Assembly (NCBI GenBank): GCA_030950365.1
Contig: JAUZRQ010000072.1
Span: 64,847 to 128,846, forward strand
DNA length: 64,000 nt
Reading direction: 5' to 3'
Origin: Candidatus Zhuqueibacterota bacterium
GTDB lineage: Bacteria > Zhuqueibacterota > Zhuqueibacteria > Zhuqueibacterales > Geothermadaptataceae
The position numbers were made by a program, and so were the translations under genes. The first letter of the stretch is position 1. Each line of letters starts with the position of its first letter. Under the pieces are notes generated by a model. The model did no database searches and was not told the origin of the DNA. It saw only the letters and a list, made by a program, of their open reading frames with translations. Positions 1-7,138 of this stretch are shown here, piece after piece.

Positions 1-522
1 CAGGAATTTCTGCTGTACCGATTCCTCCAAGGTTCCCCCCGGAGCCTGGATGGCTTTCGCGTTTCCGGCCGCGGCGGTTGTATCAGCCCGGGGTGAAGCG
101 CTCGGCGGCCGCGTTTTTGGCGATGGAGATATTTTGATGGAAATGATCCGCACATCCGTAACGGCCAGACTCAGAAAGAAGAGAAAGCTGATGAAAATGT
201 ACAATCGAACGGGCGGCACATAACGAATCCGCTGCCCGGCGAGGTAGTTGCGCGTCAACTGGCCGGGCTTGAACAGCAGCGGTAGCAGGGTGCGCAGCAA
301 TCGGGAATCGAAGCTGAGCAGATCGCCGAAAAACTCGCTCAGCATTTGCCGAAAGGGCACGTTGAGGTCACGGTTTTCCTGGCCGCAATGGGCGCAAAAC
401 CGGCCGGTCAGTTCGTGGCCGCAGTTCAGACAGCGTTGAGGTTGCACGGGGTTCTTTATCACAGGACGCTCGGGTTTGGTTTCGTATTCGTTTGTGGACA
501 AAACGGAGGCCCTGTCCGCCAT
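1..522 (-). CDS. DUF3667-like zinc-ribbon membrane protein (3' end runs off the window)
   Basis: Absent from the ORF track because it has no in-window stop. My minus-strand translation from the ATG at 522 reads MADRASVLSTNEYETKPERPVIKNPVQPQRCLNCGHELTGRFCAHCGQENRDLNVPFRQMLSEFFGDLLSFDSRLLRTLLPLLFKPGQLTRNYLAGQRIRYVPPVRLYIFISFLFFL. It has a CxxC-x8-CxxC ribbon followed by the PGxxxxxYxxGxRxxYxxP pattern I associate with DUF3667. Confidence 0.6.
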   Translation of the reverse strand, partial: MADRASVLSTNEYETKPERPVIKNPVQPQRCLNCGHELTGRFCAHCGQENRDLNVPFRQMLSEFFGDLLSFDSRLLRTLLPLLFKPGQLTRNYLAGQRIRYVPPVRLYIFISFLFFLSLAVTDVRIISIKISPSPKTRPPSASPRADTTAAAGNAKAIQAPGGTLEESVQQKFL

Positions 523-585
523 GAATATAACCGCCGCCGCGGCCGGCGCAAGCGGAATGAACCGAATGCGTTTTGCTTCTTTTTT

Positions 586-775
586 AATTATTCAGTTATT
601 CCAGTATTCCCGTTTGATGAAATCTTGCCCGTCATCGCGAGCAGCCGCCGCAAGGCGGGTGCGCCTGTCCGACTGCTGGCGGACGGCGATCTCTTTGTAA
701 ATATAGTAATGAGATCGCGTCGTCTCCGCCAGCTGGCGGATCCTCGCGATGACGGGTAGGAGACTGAACAGTTAC
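586..775 (+). repeat. Family-A hairpin repeat (MITE-like), copy A1
   Basis: Near-identical to the reverse complement of 6874-7057. Internal inverted pair CCCGTCATCGCGAG / CTCGCGATGACGGG. Termini AATTATTCAGT and ACTGAACAGTTAC. Confidence 0.75.
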
Positions 776-922
776 TCCTTTTTTAAGTTTCGAAAGCAAC
801 AATTCTCACATAAACGCAGCGATCGCGGCGGATTCGCAGTGAAATCGTCTCTCCTGCGGCTGGGAAATAATGCCATACCTCTCGCACGCGAATCCGGGCA
901 TAGGCAACCCGGGCGGCAATTT

Positions 923-950
923 TTGCTTGCTTCCCATCCTGCATTAAAAT
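923..950 (+). promoter_or_regulatory. Putative sigma70-type promoter for the riboswitch-controlled operon
   Basis: TTGCTT (923-928), 16-nt spacer, TAAAAT (945-950). This would place the transcription start a few nt before riboswitch stem P1 at 966. Confidence 0.4.
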
Positions 951-965
951 ATATTTATAACTGTA

Positions 966-1050
966 TGCCGTAGGGGTGCCCCGAGAAAATCGGGGCTGAG
1001 AGCATACCCTTCGAACCTGATCCGGGTAATACCGGCGTAGGGAAACGGCA
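966..1050 (+). promoter_or_regulatory. TPP (THI-box) riboswitch aptamer
   Basis: P1 is TGCCG...CGGCA. The conserved core reads GGGGTGCCCCGAGAAAATCGGGGCTGAGAGCATACCCTTCGAACCTGATCCGGGTAATACCGGCGTAGGGAA and matches the CTGAGA / ACCCTT.GAACCTGATC.GG.TAATACC.GCG.AGGGAA THI-element consensus. Confidence 0.9.
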
Positions 1051-1084
1051 TCATCGAGAGAGCGAAAACCCTCTTTGATGATTG

Positions 1085-1132
1085 AGGCCATTTTCCGTGT
1101 TCCTTACGCCGGAAAATGGCCTTTTTGTTTTT
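1085..1132 (+). terminator. Intrinsic terminator (riboswitch expression platform)
   Basis: A 13-bp stem AGGCCATTTTCCG / CGGAAAATGGCCT followed by TTTTGTTTTT. It ends 27 nt before the ATG at 1159. Confidence 0.8.
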
Positions 1133-1158
1133 AAGGCGTGCAGAAAGGAGGAGGTATC

Positions 1159-3630
1159 ATGATGCGAGTGCATGCATTTGTCGTTGGCCTGCTTGCAGCG
1201 CTGCTGATATTCGTCAACACCGCGCAGGCGCAGAATCGAGGGACGATTCAGGGCAAGGTGATCGGCGCGGAGAGCGGCGAGCCGCTCCCGGGCGCCAATA
1301 TTTTGATCGAAGGCACGACCCTCGGTGCCGCCACCAATGCCAATGGGGAATTTGTGCTGAAAAACATTCCGTTCGGTCAATATATGTTGCGGGTCACCTA
1401 CATTGGCTACGCTACGAAAACCGTGCCCGTAACGTTGACGGAAACGACGGTCAGCGTGACAGTGGAACTGAGCCAGGATATCATCACCGGGCCGGTGGTG
1501 ACGGTGGTGGCCACGCGGGCGAAAGAGCGCGTCACCCCGGTGACCTTTTCCACCCTGGATGAACCCACCCTGCGCAACCGCTACACGGTGGAAGACATCC
1601 CGCAACTATTGTCAGAGCTGCCGAGCACCACGTTTTACTCCGAGAACGGCAACGGCCTCGGCTACAATTATTTGAGCATCCGCGGTTTCGACCAGCGCCG
1701 AATTTCAGTGATGATCAACGGCATCCCGCAGAACGATCCGGAAGATCACAACGTGTACTGGATCGATTTCCCTGACATGGTTGCCAACGTGCAGAGCATC
1801 CAGGTACAGCGGGGGGCGGGCATGGCGTTTTACGGGCCGGCGGCCATCGGCGGCTCGGTGAACATTCAGACGTCGTATTTCTCGCCGGAACGGGTTATCA
1901 AGGCCTTTTACGGGGCCGGCGATTTCAACACGCGCAAGGCGTCGCTGTCTCTGAACAGCGGTTTGATCAACGACAAATACGTGCTGTTTGGCCGGGTGTC
2001 CAACATCAAAAGCGATGGCTACCGCGAGCGCGCCTGGGTGAATTTCTGGAGCTATTTCTTCGGCGCGGCGATGTATGACAAAAAGCATACTCTTCGGCTG
2101 CATATCTACGGCGGGCCAATCGAAGATGGACTGGCCTATTACGGCTTGCCCAAATTTGCCAACGAGGATGAAAACCTGCGCCGCAAAAATTTCAGCTACT
2201 GGGGCCTCAACGATCGCGGCGATTCGCTGACGTATTACGCCGAGCGTCGTAGCGATGAGATCGAAAATTTCAACCAGCCGCATTATGAGCTGCTGCATGA
2301 ATACCGCCTCAATGACCGGGTGACCATCAACAACAACCTGTTTTACATCCGCGGCTACGGCTTTTTCGATTACGACGGGAGCTGGGGCACGCCAGAGTAC
2401 TACCGTCTGACCCCGGAATACGGTTATAATGTGCAGACCATTCCGTCCGATGCTTTGATCCGCGCGTATGTGGACAACAAGCAGGGCGGCTGGTTGCCAC
2501 AGCTCATGTACCGCCACGCCCGCGGCGAGCTGGTGGTCGGGGCTGAACTGCGCGTACACCGCTCGCTACACTGGGGGCGGTTGCAAAAGGGCTCGGGCCT
2601 GCCTGCGGATGTGGTGGGCGACAATGCGCGGCGCTATTATGAATACAAAGGCGCCAAGGACATCGCCTCGTTTTATATTCACGATACCTATGCTATCTGG
2701 CCCAATGTGATTGTCATGGCCGATGTGCAGTTCGCCTACAAGCGGTACCGCTTGTACGATGAAAAATTCATTGGCACGGAATTCACGGTGCCGTATAAAT
2801 TTGTGAATCCGCGCTTCGGTGTGAATGTGAACCTGACCGAGGCGCTGAACCTATATGTGAATCTGTCCCGCACCAGCCGCGAACCGCGCCTGAAAAACCT
2901 GTACGATGCGGCTGAGGCGAGCACGCCGGACGACTGGGGCCCGGTGGTGCCGCAATTTGAAACTCGGCCGGACGGTAGTTATGATTTTTCCAAACCACTG
3001 GTGAAACCGGAACAGCTCACCGATCTCGAGCTGGGCTTTGGCTGGCGCACGGCGGCGTTCCACGGCACGGTGAACCTGTTTTACATGGATTTCCGCGATG
3101 AAATCATCAAGAAAGGCGGACTTGACCGGTTCGGGCAGCCGCGCACGGGCAATGCCGAGCGCACGCTGCACCAAGGAATCGAGGTGAGCGCCGGTCTGAA
3201 ACTCTTGCCTCAGCTCGATTTGAGTGGTAACTTCATGGTAAGCAAAAATGAGCTGAAAAAGTACACCATTTACAAATCCGATGGCACGCCCGTTCGGCTG
3301 GATGGCAATCCCATCGCGGGCTTCCCGGATCGGCTGGCCAACCTGCGACTCACTTACTCGTGGCACAATGTGTTCGTTTCGCTGGGCATGCAGTACGTGG
3401 GCAAGCAGTACACCGACAATTTCAAAAACGAGCGAAACACCGTCGATCCGTACACGGTGTTCAACCTGAATTTCCGATACAAATTCACCACCCCGTGGCT
3501 GCGCGGGCTGGTGTTGCAGGGCCGCATCAACAATCTGTTCAACAACAAATACCTGATGTACGGCATCGACGAACAGTTTTTCCCGGCGGCTCCACGTAAT
3601 GCGTTTCTAAGCTTACAATTCGAAATGTAG
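1159..3630 (+). CDS. TonB-dependent receptor with N-terminal carboxypeptidase-regulatory-like domain (candidate thiamine outer-membrane transporter)
   Basis: ORF 1138-3630. The likely start is the ATGATG at 1159, after the AAGGAGGAGG RBS. Signal peptide ...NTAQAQ. CarboxypepD_reg-like segment GTIQGKVIG..GANILIEG..NGEFVLKNIPFGQYMLRVTYIGY. Plug and barrel motifs SIRGFDQRRISVMINGIPQNDPE. Directly downstream of the TPP riboswitch. Confidence 0.9.
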   Translation: MMRVHAFVVGLLAALLIFVNTAQAQNRGTIQGKVIGAESGEPLPGANILIEGTTLGAATNANGEFVLKNIPFGQYMLRVTYIGYATKTVPVTLTETTVSVTVELSQDIITGPVVTVVATRAKERVTPVTFSTLDEPTLRNRYTVEDIPQLLSELPSTTFYSENGNGLGYNYLSIRGFDQRRISVMINGIPQNDPEDHNVYWIDFPDMVANVQSIQVQRGAGMAFYGPAAIGGSVNIQTSYFSPERVIKAFYGAGDFNTRKASLSLNSGLINDKYVLFGRVSNIKSDGYRERAWVNFWSYFFGAAMYDKKHTLRLHIYGGPIEDGLAYYGLPKFANEDENLRRKNFSYWGLNDRGDSLTYYAERRSDEIENFNQPHYELLHEYRLNDRVTINNNLFYIRGYGFFDYDGSWGTPEYYRLTPEYGYNVQTIPSDALIRAYVDNKQGGWLPQLMYRHARGELVVGAELRVHRSLHWGRLQKGSGLPADVVGDNARRYYEYKGAKDIASFYIHDTYAIWPNVIVMADVQFAYKRYRLYDEKFIGTEFTVPYKFVNPRFGVNVNLTEALNLYVNLSRTSREPRLKNLYDAAEASTPDDWGPVVPQFETRPDGSYDFSKPLVKPEQLTDLELGFGWRTAAFHGTVNLFYMDFRDEIIKKGGLDRFGQPRTGNAERTLHQGIEVSAGLKLLPQLDLSGNFMVSKNELKKYTIYKSDGTPVRLDGNPIAGFPDRLANLRLTYSWHNVFVSLGMQYVGKQYTDNFKNERNTVDPYTVFNLNFRYKFTTPWLRGLVLQGRINNLFNNKYLMYGIDEQFFPAAPRNAFLSLQFEM

Positions 3631-3739
3631 TTCGCGAGGAGTCGCTCCCGGGCCCCAGATAGCAAAACTGGATTATTGTAAGTGGTGCGATTTTTCGGCT
3701 TTTAAACACGCAAATGTACAGTTACGGCGGAGGGACGAT

Positions 3740-4381
3740 GTGCGAGCGCTGATTTTTATCAACGGAGAACTGCCGCAGCGTCGGCGTTACGAGGCGTGGC
3801 TGCAATCGGCCGAGCTCATTCTGTGCGCCGACGGCGGAGCGAACCGGGCGCTGGCGGAAGGCATCATGCCGCATTTCGTGATCGGTGATTTCGACAGTCT
3901 GATGCCGGAAACCCGCGCCCGGCTGCGCAACGATCAGCTCGTGCACCGTCCCAGCCAGTATGCCCCGGATATCGAGAAGACGCTGCAGTTTGCGGTGGAG
4001 CGCGGCGTGCGCGAGGCCTGCATCGTGGGCGCCACCCGCGGCCGGTTCGATCATCAGATCTGCAATCTCAACATCATGGAAAAATTCTGCTCTCGGCTGC
4101 AGATCGAATTTGTGGATGACACCGGCCAGGGCACGTTTGTCCGCGACCGGCTGCAGTTCGAAGCGCCCATCGGCCAGCAGGTGAGCCTTTTTGCTTTCCG
4201 GCGCGCAGAGGGCATCACCACATACGGCCTCAAATATCCCCTCGACCATGCGAATATGGAATGGGCGGTGAACGATGGCCTGAGCAACGAGGTGATCGAT
4301 AGTCCGGTGGAAATCACGGTGAAACACGGAACCCTGTTCGTCTTTCGAGTCTGGCCCGATGATCCAACTCGCGCCGATTGA
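3740..4381 (+). CDS. thiN: Thiamine pyrophosphokinase
   Basis: GTG start after the GGCGGAGGGA RBS. LIFINGE...LILCADGGANRAL...PHFVIGDFDSL motifs and the ~210-aa size fit TPK. Confidence 0.8.
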   Translation: MRALIFINGELPQRRRYEAWLQSAELILCADGGANRALAEGIMPHFVIGDFDSLMPETRARLRNDQLVHRPSQYAPDIEKTLQFAVERGVREACIVGATRGRFDHQICNLNIMEKFCSRLQIEFVDDTGQGTFVRDRLQFEAPIGQQVSLFAFRRAEGITTYGLKYPLDHANMEWAVNDGLSNEVIDSPVEITVKHGTLFVFRVWPDDPTRAD

Positions 4382-5771
4382 TGTTGCGTTGATTCTCGCT
4401 TATTTTGTGGGGCTGCTGCTGCTTGGTCTGTGGCGCAGTCGTCGCGACAGCCACGCCGTGGACGATTTTCTGATTGCTGGCCGTAAATTGACCCTGCCTG
4501 CCTTCGTGGCCTCGTTGGTTTCCACCTGGTATGGTGGCATTCTGGGCGTCGGCGAGTTCAGCTATCGATATGGCATTTCCAACTGGATCGTATTCGGGGT
4601 GCCGTATTACCTGTATGCCATCGTATTTGCGGTTTTTCTGGCCGCGCGCGCCCGCCGGAGCCGCTATTACACCATCCCCGACCAGCTCGAACGCGCTTAC
4701 GGCCGCCGGGCGTCTATTGCCGGAGCGGGATTTATCTTTCTGCTTTCGTTGCCCGCGCCATACCTGCTCATGCTGGGCATCCTGATGCAACTGCTGTGGC
4801 CGGTGCCGCTGTGGCTGACCATCGCGCTGGCCGGACTGTTTTCGCTGCTGTACATCGTCCGCGCCGGGCTGCAGGCGGTGGTGCGCACCGACATCCTGCA
4901 GTTCGCGCTGATGTTTGCGGGCTTTGCCGTGCTGGTGGGGATGGCTATTCATCAATTTGGCGGGCTGGCGTTTTTGCAGCAGCAGCTGCCAGCCAGCCAC
5001 TGGCAATGGCATGGCGGCAACCCGTTGCAGTACATCCTGGTGTGGTATGTCATCGCTATGGCCACGCTGGTGGATCCGAATTTTTATCAGCGCTGCTATG
5101 CGGCGCGAAGCGAGCGCGTGGCGCGGAACGGCATCCTGGCCTCGGTGGTTTTCTGGTTCATTTTTGATGCGCTGACCACCGCGGCCGGATTGTACGCCCG
5201 CGCCGCGCTGCCCGATCTGGCCAACCCTGTGGAAAGCTATCCGCGGCTGGCCATGCTGCTGTTGCCCGATGTGGCGCGCGGCCTGTTTTTTATCGCGCTG
5301 TTTGCCACCATCATGAGCACGTTGGACAGCTTCTTCTTTGTGTCGGCGGTGACCATCGGCAAGGATATTCTCGCCCGGCTGGTGAACTCCGGCGGCGGTA
5401 CCAACCACTTTCAAAACCTCACCCGCATTGGCATGGGCATCACGCTGGTTCTGTCAGTGGCGCTGGCGATCGGTAATCCTTCAGTAATCGAGATTTGGTA
5501 CCAGCTCGGCAGCGTGGCCACCCCGGCGTTGCTGGCGCCGCTAATGGCGAGCCATTCATCACGCTGGGTGATGCGTGGCCAGGCCGCGTTGTGGTGCATG
5601 CTGCTCTCGGGTGGGATCTCCCTGATATGGCTGACCGTCAGTGTGTGGCGCGGACACAATTTTTTGGGCATTGAACCGATCTTCCCGGGTCTGTTGCTTT
5701 CGGTGGCAATTTTCGTGGCCGATCATTGGCTTCGCCCGAATGGACAGACCGTCACAAAAGCAAATCGATGA
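4359..5771 (+). CDS. Sodium:solute symporter (SSS) family permease
   Basis: 470 aa and multi-TM. N-terminal SSS pattern DDFLIAGRKLTLPAFVASLVSTWYGGILGVGEF. The start overlaps the thiN 3' end by 23 nt. Confidence 0.8.
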   Translation: MIQLAPIDVALILAYFVGLLLLGLWRSRRDSHAVDDFLIAGRKLTLPAFVASLVSTWYGGILGVGEFSYRYGISNWIVFGVPYYLYAIVFAVFLAARARRSRYYTIPDQLERAYGRRASIAGAGFIFLLSLPAPYLLMLGILMQLLWPVPLWLTIALAGLFSLLYIVRAGLQAVVRTDILQFALMFAGFAVLVGMAIHQFGGLAFLQQQLPASHWQWHGGNPLQYILVWYVIAMATLVDPNFYQRCYAARSERVARNGILASVVFWFIFDALTTAAGLYARAALPDLANPVESYPRLAMLLLPDVARGLFFIALFATIMSTLDSFFFVSAVTIGKDILARLVNSGGGTNHFQNLTRIGMGITLVLSVALAIGNPSVIEIWYQLGSVATPALLAPLMASHSSRWVMRGQAALWCMLLSGGISLIWLTVSVWRGHNFLGIEPIFPGLLLSVAIFVADHWLRPNGQTVTKANR

Positions 5772-5806
5772 GCTGGTCTGCGTTTTCGCTGAGACACCGA
5801 CCACGT

Positions 5807-6616
5807 TTAGGCCATCAAGTCCTCCGTCAATTCGGCAACCGAGTGCGCGACCCAGTCCGGGGCGGATTCGGACGTGATTTCGGTCTCCAATTCGGGTTTG
5901 TAAATCCAGGCGGCGTAAAATCCGGCGCGTTTGGCGCCGAGCAAATCGGTAAACGGGATATCCCCCACGTGCATGCACTGTTCGGGTCGGACATGGAAGT
6001 GGTCGGTCACACGGGCAAACATGCTCGGATGCGGTTTGCAAACGCCGGTCTCGTCAGAAAAAATCGTCAATGCAAAGCAGGAAAGGATGTCGTTTCGACG
6101 CAGTTGTTCACGCAACACCCAGGAAGGCGTCCAGCCGGTGTCGCTAATGAGCGCCAGCCGGTAGCGTCCGGCCAGCCGGTGAATGGCCTCGCGAGTTCCC
6201 GGATACATGCGCAAAGTGACGAGATTAACTACGGTTTGAAAATAGCGGATGATGTTCTGGCGTATGGGTTCAGGAATGGCGGCGCCCACAAATTTGAGCA
6301 TGGCGTCCATACCGATATCGGCATCGAAGGCCTGTTGCCGGCGCCAGTAGTCATCGAACACCTGGCGGGCGTGCTGGTACGCGTCTTTCGCCGTGCCGTA
6401 ATCGATGCGCACCCCGGCTTCCCGGAGGGCGCGCTGGAAATAACGAATGCGCCGCTCGCGAAATGTCATGCGATCGGTGCGCAGCGCGCGGTCATCGAAC
6501 AGTGTTCCCCAGAGATCAAAACTGATGACGGTGACTTCCGAGCGGATACGCTGGAAGATCTCGGGGGCGTTTTTGAAGGGATTGGTATCGGCTGCTTGAT
6601 GTGTATTGGATTTCAT
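5807..6616 (-). CDS. HAD-superfamily hydrolase (subfamily IA-like)
   Basis: Motif I VISFDLWGTLFDD, motif II LALISDTG, motif IV HVGDIPFTDLLGAKRAG. The ORF extends to 6748, but the ATG at 6616 (MKSNTHQ...) gives a typical HAD length. Confidence 0.75.
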   Translation of the reverse strand: MKSNTHQAADTNPFKNAPEIFQRIRSEVTVISFDLWGTLFDDRALRTDRMTFRERRIRYFQRALREAGVRIDYGTAKDAYQHARQVFDDYWRRQQAFDADIGMDAMLKFVGAAIPEPIRQNIIRYFQTVVNLVTLRMYPGTREAIHRLAGRYRLALISDTGWTPSWVLREQLRRNDILSCFALTIFSDETGVCKPHPSMFARVTDHFHVRPEQCMHVGDIPFTDLLGAKRAGFYAAWIYKPELETEITSESAPDWVAHSVAELTEDLMA

Positions 6617-6873
6617 GTTTCCTGTAATGAAGGTGCGTTTTGAAAACCCATGCAAATTATGATTTTTAAGAAGCAACAGATTGCCGCATATTGAACAAGG
6701 ATCATCAAATGCCGCGAATAATGCCTGACACCTTCTGCGAGAACGCATTTGAATATGGTCCGGCTGAACAATGACTGGGGCTAAAGTAAGCGAGCCGGAC
6801 GATAAATTGCAAGGGTTTTCGGTACCTGGAACCTGGAATGAAACAATCGTTGCTTTTGGTTTAAATATATATT

Positions 6874-7057
6874 GTAACTGTTCAGTCTCCTACCCATCAT
6901 CGCGAGGATCCGCCAGCTGGCGGAGACGACGCGATCTCATTATTATTTTTACAAAGAGATCGCCGTTCGCCAGCAGTCGGCCAGGCGCACCCGACTTGTG
7001 GCGGCTGCTCGCGATGACGGCGCCTATTCCATCATCTTGACGGGATTGAATAGATAC
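6874..7057 (-). repeat. Family-A hairpin repeat, copy A2 (inverted relative to A1)
   Basis: GTAACTGTTCAGTCTCCTACCCATCATCGCGAGGATCCGCCAGCTGGCGGAGACGACGCGATCTCATT... aligns base-for-base with the reverse complement of 586-775 with few mismatches. It lies in the divergent promoter region between the HAD and LVIVD genes. Confidence 0.75.
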
Positions 7058-7138
7058 CAATAATCATCATCCAATTCATCAAAATCCTTACACAACGCGC
7101 AATTTTCTGCGCCTAATCGTGATGAACGGGGAGATGCT

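Noticed and set aside
4314-5414. 366-aa minus-strand ORF antisense to the SSS permease. Similar long antisense ORFs occur at 1705-2559, 28688-29557, 33945-34799, 41350-42609, 44753-45655, 49969-50832, 52535-53554, 60006-61082 and 61215-62345.
   Set aside because: These are shadow ORFs typical of GC-rich coding DNA. Their products are R/G/A/P/H/Q-rich with no motifs, and the opposite strand carries genes with clear family signatures.
5807-6616. HAD phosphatase as a member of the TPP-riboswitch thiamine operon, for example a thiamine-phosphate phosphatase.
   Set aside because: It is on the opposite strand, convergent with the SSS gene, so the riboswitch cannot control it. Adjacency alone is too weak.
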